Part shown: one piece after another, positions 37,268 to 48,632 of the stretch
Layout of the letters: each line of letters begins with the position of its first letter
Numbering within the stretch: the first letter of the stretch is position 1
Assembly: GCF_006345805.1 (NCBI RefSeq)
Contig: NC_043021.1
Location: 14,446,001 to 14,510,000 of the forward strand
Reading direction: 5' to 3'
Origin: Octopus sinensis
Taxonomy: Eukaryota
DNA length: 64,000 bases
Position numbers and translations under genes: made by a program
Notes under the pieces: generated by a model
Databases searched by the model: none
Seen by the model: only the letters and a program-made list of their open reading frames with translations
Told to the model about the DNA's origin: nothing

Positions 37268-37488
37268 CCCTTTAGCATTCAGATTTCTTTGTGAAATTTA
37301 TTGCTTATTTATCCATACTGTTTTTGAATTAATCACATATTATTTTGCAGCTTCAAAATTTAAATGGTGTGGCTATATATTTTTAAAATAACATTGTAGG
37401 GTAGGTGTGAGAGGTTGGATCCAGACAGTTTTAACATAAAACAGATGGATTATTTGGGCCGGATATGGCCGGATTAAATGCTAAAGGG
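37268..37488. mobile_element. piggyBac-type MITE family B
   Basis: TTAA-CCCTTTAGCATT...AATGCTAAAGGG-TTAA. Confidence 0.9.
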
Positions 37489-38272
37489 TTAAAGAGTATA
37501 GGGGCAAAGTTGACTATAGCAGGATTTGAACTCAGAATGTAAACAGCTGGAAGAGATACAGCACTGTATTTTCCCCCCATCAATCCTGCCATCTTGCTGC
37601 CTCCATAATAATATTCTTTTTAATCTTGACACAACGCTAAATAAAATGAAGTTCTAGTCAAGTTTGCTGTTGATGTAATCGATTATCCCTGTGCCCCTAA
37701 TATTGCTGGCCTTGTGCCAAAGTTTAAAGCAATTAGATGGCGAGGTGGCAGAATCGTTAGCACACCTGGCAAAATGCTTAGCAGCATTTTGTCTGTCTTC
37801 ACATTCTGAGTTCAAATTCTGCTGAGGTCAACTTTACCTTTTAATCTTTCAGGGTCAGTAAAACAAGTTCCAGTTAAACACTGGGGGTCAATGTAATCGA
37901 CTTACCCCTCTCTCAAAATTGCTGGCCTTGTGCCAGAATTTGAAATCATTATCATTATCACCATTGTTGTTGTCGTCGTTGTCGTTAGGGTGGCAAGCTG
38001 GCAGAAGTGTGAGCACGTCAGGTGAAACGCTTAGCAGTATTTTGTCTGCTGCCACATCCTGAGTTCAAATTCCACCGAGGTCGACTTAGCCTTTCACTGT
38101 GGTCAATGTAATTGACTAACCCCAAAATTTTCAAGGCCTTGTGCCTAGAGTACAAATTATTATTATTGTTATTATTATTATTATTATCCTGTTTTGTCCC
38201 TTTATGTTTTCTAATCATGTGTGTCAGCCCTTGTGGCCAATAAAAAGAATTAATTATTATTGTTTGTCTCAG

Positions 38273-38433
38273 GGATTGTTGAACATCATAGAGACGTGCA
38301 AGACAAAGATTTCTTGGCTACAGAAATTGTTGACCGAGGAGAAAAAGAACCGAATGTTGGACGAAATAAAGATACGAGAAGAAGTGACCAAGGAGGTGAT
38401 GAAACAGTTTGTTATCATTGAAAAGAGTTACAA
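38273..38433 (+). CDS. KIF20A: Kinesin-6 coding exon 11 (first coiled coil)
   Basis: GLLNIIETCK...LTEEKKNRMLDEIKIREEVTKEVMKQF (IREEV motif of the KIF20 stalk); tctcag| and AA|gtgagt; phase 0 to 2. Confidence 0.9.
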
Positions 38434-38477
38434 GTGAGTAGACCGGTTTTATTTGTTGCTTAAATACACAGCTTCAT

Positions 38478-38970
38478 TTACTCTTTACTTTTTTACTCTT
38501 TTATTTGTTTCAGTCATTTGACTGCGGCCATGCTGGAGCACTGCCTTTAGTCGAGCAAATCGACCCCAGGACTTATTCTTTGTAAGCTGAGTACTTATTC
38601 TATCGGTCTCTTTTGCCGAACCGCTAAGTTACGGGGACATAAACACACCAGCATCGGTTGTCAAGTGATTTTAGCCCCTTGTGGGTAGTAAAGAAATAGG
38701 TATTTCGTCTGCCGCCATGTATGACATAAACACACCATATCGATTGACAAGCGATGTTGGGGGGCACAAACATATACACACACGTACATACATATATATA
38801 TATATATGACAGGCTTCTTTCAGTTTCCGTCTTCCAAATCCATTCACAAGGCTTTAGTCAGCCCAAGGCTATAGTAGAAGACACTTGCCCAAGGTGCTAC
38901 GCAGTGGGACTGAACCCGGAACCATGTGGTTGGTAAACCAGCTACTTACCGCACAGCCACTCTTGCGCCT
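38478..38970 (-). mobile_element. S2 SINE interrupted by a short S1 junction fragment
   Basis: gacataaacacacca duplicated around ttagccccttgtgggtagtaaagaaataggtatttcgtctgcc (~38670-38715). Confidence 0.75.
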
Positions 38971-39042
38971 ATCAGGATCATTTGTGTATTTCAGCAATAA
39001 TATAACAACAAAAAGGGTCAAAGTGATTTAAATTAAAATCTC

Positions 39043-39335
39043 TAATTAAAATTCCATGTTAATTTATAATCAGAGTACCAGCTTGAAGACACTAATTAAA
39101 ATTATGTTAATTTATAATCAGAGTACAAGCTTGAAGACACTAATTAAAATTCCATGTTAATTCATAATCAGAGTGCCAGCTTGAAGACTAATTAAAATTC
39201 CATGTTAATTTATAATCAGAGTACCAGCTTGAAGACACTAATTAAAATTCCATGTTAATTCATAATCAGAGTACCAGCTTGAAGACTAATTAAAATTCCA
39301 TGTTAATTTATACTCAGAGTACCAGCTTGAAGACA
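39043..39335. repeat. 48-50-bp minisatellite, 6 copies
   Basis: Unit taattaaaattccatgttaatttataatcagagtaccagcttgaagacac. Confidence 0.95.
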
Positions 39336-39457
39336 GTTAATTTATTAACCTTATTTTCAAGTATAATTGAAGTGTATATCAACAGGAATATGATACTGAA
39401 AGGTTTAAATAAATGCAGGTATAATTGATATTCATCTCTGTTTTCATTTGGTAACAG

Positions 39458-39623
39458 TGAAAAACTCCGTGCCAGTCAGCTGGAAGCAGAAGAAAGGTCC
39501 AATCGGTGTGTATTGAAGATGCTGAACACCGTAAGCTCCAAGAAGCGTTCTCATGATGAGGTGGAGAGTGAAGAGAAAGTTGTACCTTTGCATGTGTTTG
39601 AAGAACTGCAAGAGAAGAAACAG
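39458..39623 (+). CDS. KIF20A: Kinesin-6 coding exon 12
   Basis: taacag| (N)EKLRASQLEAEERS...ELQEKKQ |gtaggt; phase 2 to 0. Confidence 0.85.
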
Positions 39624-39699
39624 GTAGGTTGGATAATGGCTTCTTTGGATCTGAAATGTGTGTTTGTGTTGGTGGTATTTGTATCTCTTCATGAGGCGG

Positions 39700-40077
39700 C
39701 AATCTGGCGGAAACGTTAGCACGCCGGGTGAAATGCATAGCTGTATTTCGTCTGCTGTTACATTCTGAGTTCAAATTCCGCCGAGGTCGATAAATTAAGT
39801 ACCAGTTGCGCACTGGGGTCAATATAATCGACTTGATCCGTTTGTTTGTCCCTCTGTGTTTAGCCCCTTGTGGGTAGTAAAGAAATAGGTATTTCGTCTG
39901 CCACTGCGTTCTGAGTTCAAATTCTACCGAGGTCGACTTTGCCTTTCATCCTTCGGGGTCGATAAATTAAGTACCAGTTATGCACTGGGATCGATATAAT
40001 TGACTTAATCCGTTTGTCTGTCCTTGTTTGTCCCCTCTGTGTTTAGCCCCTTGTGGGTAGTAAAGAAATAGGTATTT
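39700..40077 (+). mobile_element. S1 SINE dimer (first unit internally deleted)
   Basis: Invariant junction aaagaaata|ggtatttcg at ~39888. Confidence 0.8.
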
Positions 40078-40750
40078 GTATTTCTTCATCTGTCAGGGTT
40101 GTTGGTGTTTAGTAGTGCTTGTGTGTCTGATGGCATTGTTTGATTGTGTTGCTGGATGCCCTTCCTAATGCCAACCACTACAAGAGTGTAGTAGGTACTA
40201 TTTACGTGCCACCACCATCGGCCATGATTACAATCTCACTTGGCTTCTCAGGTCTTCACAAGCACGGTATATCAACTGAGACCTTTGGCAAAACTACCAT
40301 GCTTGTGAAAACCTGTCAGGCCAAGTGAGGTCGTGGCCGATGCCAGTGTCTCATCAATGGCACCCATCCTGGGGGTACATAATAAGCATCCACTGCACTC
40401 TTGGAGTGGTTGACATTAGGAAGGGCATCCAGGCATAGAAACCAAGCCAAATCAGATGGGAACCTGTTTGCATCTCCCCAGCTTACCAGTTTTCAGTTAA
40501 ACTGTCCAACCCATGCCAGCATGGATAAAGCAGATGTTAAATGATGATGATGCTGTTATTTGATAGTATGTGTGGTTGTCTCTTGATGTATGTGTATACA
40601 TGTAATGCACACCTGTAGTTGGCACTGAGGTGATAGTGTTGTTATGTATGTGTGTGCGTATCAGAGAGAGAGGGGCAGGTAATCATGTCATTTGTAATTA
40701 TTAAAAAACCAATTGTATTTAAATTATATTCTCTCTTCTCCTTCTCTCAG

Positions 40751-40900
40751 GAATGTGAATTGAAAATCGAAAAACTAAACCAACAGCTCGAATCAACAAA
40801 AGCTCAGCTGCGAAGGCTGACATTGGATCGTTCTGCATTGCAATCAGAGAAGACCTCCTTACAACTGCAATTAGAGGTTCCTGGTCTCTACAAGAATACG
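40751..40900 (+). CDS. KIF20A: Kinesin-6 coding exon 13 (coiled coil)
   Basis: ctctcag| ECELKIEKLNQQLESTKAQLRRL...YKNT |gtaagt; phase 0 to 0. Confidence 0.85.
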
Positions 40901-41169
40901 GTAAGTCTCTTGGCTATGAAATGAAATGAAAATGCCTCATTATCCTTAATGGAACAAAGAGAACTTGTTGATTTGGCGGATCATCCTCACCAAAAGCTGT
41001 CTTGTTTGGCAGTCACTGAGTATTAAAAGAAACATCTGATGGTTTATTCTATCTTCTTGTGTTCTGAGGTCAGATTTGCCTTTCATGTTTCTGGGATTCA
41101 TAAAAGGCAAATGAGTCTATGGCAGCCAACTTGTGGGATTAAAGCATCTCACAAGATACATTATGATAT

Positions 41170-41549
41170 TTTTACTCTTTACTCTTTTACTTGTTTCAGT
41201 CATTTGACTGCGGCCATGCTGGAGCACCGCCTTTAATCGAGCAACTCGACCCCGGGACTTATTATTCTATGTCTCTTTTGCCGAACCGCTAAGTAATGGG
41301 GACGTAAACACACCAGCATCGGTTGTCAAGCAATGCTCGGGAGACAAACATAACACGCACACACATATATATATATACATATATACGACGGGCTTCTTTC
41401 AGTTTCCGTCTACCAAATCCACTCACAAGGCATTGGTCGGCCCGGGGCTATAGCAGAAGACACTTGCCCAAGGTGCCACGCAGTGGGACTGAACCCGGAA
41501 CCATGTGGTTGGTTAGCAAGCTACTTACCACACAGCCACTCCTGCGCCT
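41170..41549 (-). mobile_element. Full-length S2 SINE
   Basis: Family match. Confidence 0.85.
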
Positions 41550-41559
41550 ATCTGATTCA

Positions 41560-42275
41560 GTTCTTTGCATTCTTAGTTCAAATCCTGCCAAAGTCTAATA
41601 CTTATACTTCAGCCTTTCTCTGCTGTAGGCTATCGATGGATTTCCTCTTGACTCTGGACTATCCTTTTTGCATTCCTCATATTAGATTCCTGCTTTTTTT
41701 CAGCTCCACATCAGTATCCTACCACCAGCTATTTTATCTTCTACCTCCCTTATGACTTCTAGGTCAGAACATGACGTGTAATGCAGAATGTTGGTTTCCA
41801 TAATATGTGGTCTGTCCTTTCAGGTTTTGCTGCACTCCATCGTGTTTCCCTGAGAGAAGGCTTTTCTCCACTGTTCTGTTCTTAAACTTAGCCTGTCTTT
41901 TCTGCTTCTCTCTCATCATGTCCCTGCTTTTTCCATCTCGACCTCAGTGCCCTAACACCAGCTACATTTGGAGCATTCTCTCTTCCCCCTTATGGGTTCT
42001 AGGTTAGAGCCAGATGTTGGTTTCCTTTTATTTCCCCCAAGGGAAGGCCTCTTTCTCCCAGGTTTTCTTTTTTTGTTTTATCTAGAGGTGTCGGTCCGAC
42101 ATAAATCCATTTTCACCTCTGGGAAGAGGTGGTCCATATTATCTGACCTCTTCCTTTGACCTGTTAAGCATGGGAGACCCTAACCAGGAACTTGCACTCT
42201 GCTAGCATAATTCTCAGGGTCATTGAAGCACCCAAGTCACTACACTGTAACAAGGACTGGACCTTGTGGTGACCA
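41560..42275 (-). mobile_element. Highly decayed RTE LINE 5' end / endonuclease relic
   Basis: - strand ccttgttacagtgtagtgacttgggtgcttcaatgaccctgagaattatgc...ggtctcccatgc resembles RTE/BovB 5' ends; downstream frames are broken. Confidence 0.45.
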
Positions 42276-42832
42276 CAACCTAATTGGGTGTAAGCTTTTC
42301 ATCTGTTACCACTTGGGGTAGGGCAGGGTCTGGTGGGGACTTTAAGTCGAGTTGTTGCATTTTTACAAGCCAGATATCCTGTTTGAGTATATCTTTGCCT
42401 TCTTCCTCTGCTTCTCCAATCTTGGAGTCCCTGGAAATGGTCATGGACAGTACCCTTCCCTCACGACTAAACAATATTACCAAAAGAAAACAAAAGCAAA
42501 TTGTCTGATCTGATCCTTACCATGAGAAACAAGTCTCCCCCCTGGATAACGTGCTAGTCCACTTTGTAATCCTTAGCAACTAGGTCAACTGTGGGACATG
42601 TAGACTTACATTTAGTCTAGTTTGTTTTTAATGTTTTAGTCAGGGTATAGTAGAGGGCAGTAGCCATATCTTCAGTTGAACCCCTACAGTAGCTGGAGAT
42701 GTAGCAGAAGACACTTGTCCTAAGTGCTGCTCAGTAGGACTCACCCTGGGACCAATGGTTGGGAAACAAGCTTCTCAACCACACAGCCACACTTGCACCT
42801 ATTCTTTCTCTATTTTAGATAATGTTGTTTAA

Positions 42833-43049
42833 CCCTTTTGTTACTAACCTGGCCAAAACCGGCTCTGGCTATGTGGTAAAATGTCTTGTTTTCATAAGTT
42901 TTGAATTAAAATCTTCCACCAAACCTTAGTCACAATTTATGTTCCTAACACTAACTTAATGATACTAAGTTATTTTACTAAATTCTTTGTTATAGTTAGT
43001 AATTGAAAGAAACACAGAGCATCTCAAAATAAATACGGTAACGAAAGGG
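42833..43049. mobile_element. piggyBac-type MITE family A
   Basis: TTAA-CCCTTTTG...CGAAAGGG-TTAA. Confidence 0.85.
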
Positions 43050-43150
43050 TTAATATAGACTTTAAAAAAATATCAAGTATGTTACCTGTAATATGAATTG
43101 TACGATTATTAGGCAGTCTGTATGATATTTATTTTGTTCATTTTGGTCAG

Positions 43151-43249
43151 GTGGATAATACAAGTATGGGCGACAACATTGAACAGGCAAATGTCTTGAA
43201 CAAATTGACCAGTATGCTCAGAGACACCCAAGAAAAACTGGGAAATAAG
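43151..43249 (+). CDS. KIF20A: Kinesin-6 coding exon 14
   Basis: ttggtcag| VDNTSMGDNIEQANVLNKLTSMLRDTQEKLGNK |gtatgt; phase 0 to 0. Confidence 0.8.
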
Positions 43250-43546
43250 GTATGTTTTAATCCTTTTGTTACCATATTCCTGTTAAAGAAATATATCCAC
43301 TTTATTTCAATTAATTTAAAAAATAATGAATATAGTAAAATAATTTCCATATTCCTATCGAAATATATTTCAATTAATTTCCAAAATAAAGAATATAGAG
43401 GATATATTCCTTGGAGCAAAGATTGTTTGCCAACATAACATGGCAGTCCTTGTTTAGGATGCATGTTGCTGTAATTTAGCCCCAGGAGACATCGTCTCCA
43501 GTTGGCTATATGACACGATCTGTGTCATTTTCGAACAACAATATCT

Positions 43547-44305
43547 GGATCTTTTCCTTTTGATCGGCAGATGTCAACACAATTTCTAGTTAACTATACA
43601 CTTTTAAACTTCGTATACTGGTAGAATGTGTTTATAAAACATCATAATTCTATAGTTTGTAACATATTTCCACTATAAAATCGAGCATTTTGGCAATTTT
43701 AACCAATCAAATACGTCCATTTGGAGTCAAAACATACCGTGCTGTATGAATATGCCCCTCATTTAAGAAACAGATTGGGTTTATTTACATTTGCAAAGAA
43801 AAAAAAGATACCCTTTCCCCACCCCTAACCCTAATCCTAAAATAGATTGAAATGCAATAGATCAATACCAGGGCCATAATTATGGATGACATTTTCATTT
43901 GACACCGCTAGAAAAAAAAATCCCATTTTCCATAGCGGTGTCGTATGAAATCATCACCCATAATTATGGCCCTGGTATCGATCTATTGCATTTCAATCTA
44001 TTTTAGGGGTGGGGGAAGGGTAACTTTTTTTCTTCGCAAATGTAAATAAACCCAATCTGTTTCTTAAATGAGGGGCATATTCATACAGTACAGAATCTTT
44101 TCACCCCAAATGGAGGTGAGCGATTGGTTAAAATTGCCAAAATGCTCGATTTTAAAGTGGGAATATGTTATAACATATAGAATTTTCTCGATAAAGCCAA
44201 GAAAAAATGATGTTTTATAAACACATTCTACCAGTATACGAAGTTTAAAAGTGTTTAGTTAACTAGAAATTGTGTTGACATCTGTCGTTCAAAAGGAAAA
44301 GATTC
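43547..44305. mobile_element. ~760-bp near-perfect foldback MITE (GGATC family) with 8-bp TSD
   Basis: Arms of ~365 bp are reverse complements around a short spacer near 43912-43932; TSD CAATATCT at 43539-46 and 44306-13. Confidence 0.9.
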
Positions 44306-45290
44306 CAATATCTGTATCGTGATTTCCGGGTTGTTTCTTTTTGTCAGCACAGAATAATTGTTCAGCTAGAGGTGGCGCTGCCAAATTCCCGTTGGAAAAA
44401 CATAGCTTTCAAAGTGACAACTAGTCACTGATCTATAAATTAGGATATATTCCTGGCAAAATATATCATCTTTATTTCAATTAATTTCAAAGATAATGAA
44501 TATAATAAAATGATTTAAGCTGATTGATGGGACATAAACTAACCTGAAAATTTTAATTTACATCACTAGATGCCCTTCCTAATGCGAACCACTCCGAGAG
44601 TGTAGTGGGTGCTTTTACATGCCACCGGCACGAGGGCCAGTTAGACTCTAAGCACACATGACAGGCTTCATCAGCATCACCATCATCGTTTAACATCCAC
44701 CTTCCATCCTGGCATGGGTTGAATGGTGTGACGGGAGCTAGCCAGGCAGGAGCCTGCACCAAACTTCTGTGTCTGTTTTGGCAGGGTTTTTACAGCTGGA
44801 TACCCTTCCTAAGGCCAACCACTTTACAGTGTGTACTAAGGGCTTTTCAGGTGGCACCAGCACAGGCGAGGTTAGTTTTGGCATGATTTTTACAACTGGA
44901 TGCCCTTCCAAATGCCAACCACTTCAGAGTGGACTGGATGCTTTTTATGTGACATCAGTAGTGGCAGGGTCACCAAGTAACTTGCAAGATAAGAAACCTT
45001 TGAAGGGGGATGGGGAGTTGGTGGAGGTGTTTCCCCTGCACCAAATCCACTCATGAAGTTTTGATTGGCCCAGGATTATAGTATAAGACACTCGACCAGG
45101 GTATAACACAGTGAGATTGAACCTGAAATCAAAGTGGCCAGGAAGAAAATTTTTATCACAGCCATATTCTGACTAGGCATTTGAGAAATATCGTGAAGGT
45201 AAGGTGTTGGGAAAGATTTAACTGCTTTTTCTTGCATGGTGAGAGGTGTAATTACGCTTGTAGTCATGGAAGTTGCTATTGATGTTCTAG

Positions 45291-45401
45291 GAATCTGCCG
45301 TGAATGAATTGGAAGAGCAGCTCGAAGAAGCTGGTGAAACTTTCAAAGAACAACAAGAGAAGATAGAGCAGCTGGAGAAGATGGTGAAAGAAATGAAGAA
45401 G
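45291..45401 (+). CDS. KIF20A: Kinesin-6 coding exon 15 (coiled coil)
   Basis: gttctag| ESAVNELEEQLEEAGETFKEQQEKIEQLEKMVKEMKK |gtaaga; phase 0 to 0. Confidence 0.85.
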
Positions 45402-45452
45402 GTAAGAGAGATATGAAAAATATTGTTGAACTCTTTGTTTGGTTTATGCTTC

Positions 45453-45698
45453 GGTAGATGTAAAGTGTCTTTCTTGAGTTGTGAGACTCATAGGGTAGAT
45501 GTAAAGTGTCTTTCTTGAGTTGTGAGACTCATAGGGTAGATGTAAGGTGTCTTTCTTGAGTTGTGAGACTCATAGGGTAGATGTAAAGTGTCTTTCTTGA
45601 GTTGTGAGACTCATAGGGTAGATGTAAAGTGTCTTTCTTGAGTTGTGAGACTCATAGGGTAGATGTAAAGTGTCTTTCTTGAGTTGTGAGACTCATAG
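45453..45698. repeat. 41-bp minisatellite, 6 copies
   Basis: ggtagatgtaaagtgtctttcttgagttgtgagactcatag x6, one substitution. Confidence 0.95.
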
Positions 45699-45978
45699 GA
45701 GTGCTTTCCTGGTTTCCACCATCATCATCATTATCTAGCTTCCGTTTTCCATGCTGGCATGGGTTGTACGGTTTGACTGAGAACTAGTAAGCTGGGGAGC
45801 CTCACCAAGTTCCAATCTGATTTGGCATGGTTTCTATGGTTGAATGCTTTTGCCTTTCCTAATGCCAGCCACTCTTGAGAGTGTAGTGAGTGTTTTTTTT
45901 ACATACCACTGGCATTGGTCACAACTACGATCTCACTTCGTTTGACAGGTTTTCTCAAGCACAGTTATATCACCAAAG

Positions 45979-46455
45979 GTCTTGGTCACTTGTCACTGTC
46001 TCTGTGAGGCCCAACATTCAAATAGGACTGTTGCCATAGTAACGACACTAAAGCAAAAGTCTTGGTCACTTGTCACTGCCTCTGTGAGGCCCAACATTCA
46101 AATGGGACTGTTGCCATAGTAACGAACCAAAAGCAAATGTCTTGGTCACTTGTCACTGCCTCTGTGAGGCTCAACATTCAAATGGGACTGTTGCCATAGT
46201 AACAAAACTAAAGCAAATGTCTCGGTCACTTGTCACTGCCTCTGTGAGGCCCAACATTCAAATAGGACTGTTGCCATAGTAACAAAACTAAAGCAAATTT
46301 CTTGGTCATGTGTCACTGCCTCTGTGAGGCCCAACATTCAAATGGGACTGTTGCCATAGTAACGAACCAAAAGCAAATGTCTTGGTCACATGTCACTGCC
46401 TCTGTGAGGCCCAACATTCAATTGGGACTGTTGCCATAGTAACAAAACTAAAGCA
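45979..46455. repeat. 80-bp minisatellite, 6 copies, each with GTTGCCATAGTAAC
   Basis: Units start at 45979, 46059, 46139, 46219, 46299 and 46379. Confidence 0.95.
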
Positions 46456-47649
46456 CGCAGAGTAAAGTTTCTTGGCAAAGATTGACCATGAACCTCTGCT
46501 GTGCATGGGTGGCACTAAGTTTTAACATTCTAGCTCACTTCTGTTTACAGCAGTGCTTTGAAGGAACGTGTGTAGCGTGTTATTGTCGCATTGACCATGA
46601 CAGAGAAAGCTGTCATCCTGATACCTGCTCAGAGGCCTATGCACAGTTGCAGAGAGTGTATGGGCCACACACAAGTGTACAAGTGGTTCAGACGTTTCTT
46701 AGATGGCTGTAAAAATGTCGGTATTGATGAACGTTCTGGAAGACTGGCAACCAGCAGAACTGAGAAAAATATCGCAGATGTGCATGCAGCTGTGAGGGGA
46801 AATCATTGATTATTACACACATGTGAGTGAGAACACTTTGAGATATTTTTGGTATCTAACATATGTCAGATACTGCGAGCGCTGCTTCTGATGACCCAAG
46901 GTCACAGTGACAGCACTGCTTCTGATTGGTCAATTCATGGTGATGACCCGAGGTCACGGTGACTTTTGTCATTCATAAGTTACAACTAAACGTGAAGAAT
47001 TTAGTTATTGGGTTAATAAAATATGGTCGTTTATTCATGTGTAATAAATAAAATACCAAACTCATTCCCTATGGATACCGTATTTATTACAACTCGTGGC
47101 TTGTAAACGTATCTAACGAGCGAAAGCGAGTTAGATACGTTTACAAGCCACGAGTTGTAATAAATACGGTATCCATAGGGAACTCGTTTGGTATTCTCTC
47201 TATCTCCGTCCATGAGTTATCAGATGATGTGCAGATTAGTTATGGTTCAGTTCAGTCCATTATCACTGAAGATTTGAGTATGAGATGTGTGTCTGCCAAG
47301 TTTGTGCCAAAACTTCTTAGCTGAACTAAGACACTCGGGGTTCCAGTTGCGCAAAATCTCCTTGATTGTGTCAAGAACAACGAAAGCTTTTTTGCAAACT
47401 TTGCATAGGTCTCTGATTAGGGATCGCCAAGATTTGATGCAGATTTCCTGTTCAAATTTCTGTCATGGTCAGTGTGACGATCACATGCTACACACCTTCC
47501 TTCCAAGCAGTGCTGTAAACAGCAGAAATGAGCTAAAGTGTTAAAACTTAGTGTGCGTGCAGAACAGAGTTTGTGCCAAGCAGCTTCACTGTACGTGCTT
47601 TCGCTTTGTTACTATGGCAACAATCCGGATACTTATTGATCAGACCCAG
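46425..47649 (+). mobile_element. Internally deleted mariner with long (~190-bp) TIRs
   Basis: Left arm 46425-~46610 matches the reverse complement of ~47455-47620; the right end is followed by TA. Transposase N-terminal remnants AYAQLQRVYG, VYKWFRRFLDG..DERSGR and ELSDDVQISYGSVQSIITEDLSMRCVSAKFVPKLL. Confidence 0.85.
47052..47195. repeat. Perfect 53-bp-arm palindrome inside an insertion in the mariner
   Basis: 47065-47117 is the exact reverse complement of 47130-47182; 12-nt loop gagcgaaagcga. Confidence 0.95.
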
Positions 47650-47927
47650 TATACTCAACATGCACACAACACATCCCACATGCACACAGCAAATCCCACA
47701 TGCACACATTGAGCTATTTTTCATTTGCCAACTCCACTGACAAACCTTTAGTTGTCTGGGAACTATAGCAGAAGGCATTTGACCTGGTCGCCATGCAGTG
47801 GAATTGAACCAGAAATCATGTGGTTGGGAAGCAAACTTAACCACACAGCCATTCCTGTAATATAAATAATAGCATGATTAAAGTTTTTTTTTTTTTTTTT
47901 TCCCCCAAAAAAATTTTCTCTTTTCAG

Positions 47928-48518
47928 ACATCGACAGAATGCAAAGTGTGTCTGGAGAGAAGTGAAGCTGGGTCGCCAGTCGGGTCAAAAGCTAAATTGC
48001 AGAAGATGGAGTCTGTTCCGGAAAAGGCATCAGGTACAAACACTACTCTTCCTTTTCAAGGCACAACCAATGAAAAACGAGTTACTAGGAAAATGGTTTG
48101 TAATGGTATGGCTGCAAATGGACACAGAACTAATGATCTCATCACCACCAGTGTCCGTGGTGTCGTTGTGGAGAAGGCAGACGAGTCTCGTGTGCTACGG
48201 CTTTTGCTCAACAATACCAATAGCAGTAACTTGGTTCCAACACCGACAAAGACCAGCTTGCTACGCATGAAGAAATTTTCTTTGAAACAGTCTGACATTG
48301 AAAATAGCCCACCTGGTTTTGTTGGTAAGCTTAATAAGGGAGGCAAGAAGAAAGAGAGCTTGCGGCATCGTTTGCTGGCGCCGATCTGCTCCAATCTGAT
48401 TGCTGACAAGAAAAAGAAGAAAGGCGAAATAAGGAATCGGCGCCGCTCTAGTTTAGTTTGCAATAAACGTACTTCTCTTGATATAAGCAAAAAATATAAT
48501 TTACGAAGCAAAAGATGA
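47928..48518 (+). CDS. KIF20A: Kinesin-6 coding exon 16 (terminal exon of the 964-aa isoform; internal donor at 48033)
   Basis: cttttcag| TSTECKVCLERS...KKKKKGEIRNRRRSS...KKYNLRSKR-TGA; phase 0; total CDS 2895 nt. Confidence 0.8.
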   Translation, partial: TSTECKVCLERSEAGSPVGSKAKLQKMESVPEKASGTNTTLPFQGTTNEKRVTRKMVCNGMAANGHRTNDLITTSVRGVVVEKADESRVLRLLLNNTNSSNLVPTPTKTSLLRMKKFSLKQSDIENSPPGFVGKLNKGGKKKESLRHRLLAPICSNLIADKKKKKGEIRNRRRSSLVCNKRTSLDISKKYNLRSKR

Positions 48519-48626
48519 TTCCATTTTAGATTAATTTAAACAGGAAGATTATACCAAAATAATTAGGGGCTGTCTTGGGTAAATTGATACCAGAAAGGTT
48601 AATAATGTGTATACTATTTATGGTGA

Positions 48627-48632
48627 AATAAA
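48627..48632 (+). terminator. Candidate polyadenylation signal of the short isoform
   Basis: AATAAA 109 nt after the stop; weak on its own in AT-rich DNA. Confidence 0.35.

Noticed and set aside
45453-46455. CRISPR-like array (also 34520-35190 and 39043-39335)
   Set aside because: Contiguous tandem units with no unique spacers, no cas genes, and a eukaryotic intron context.
46885-46950. Two TGACCnnnGGTCA nuclear-receptor-like everted half-site pairs
   Set aside because: They lie inside an unclassified inserted repeat, and the orientation is opposite to an ERE; there is no further support.
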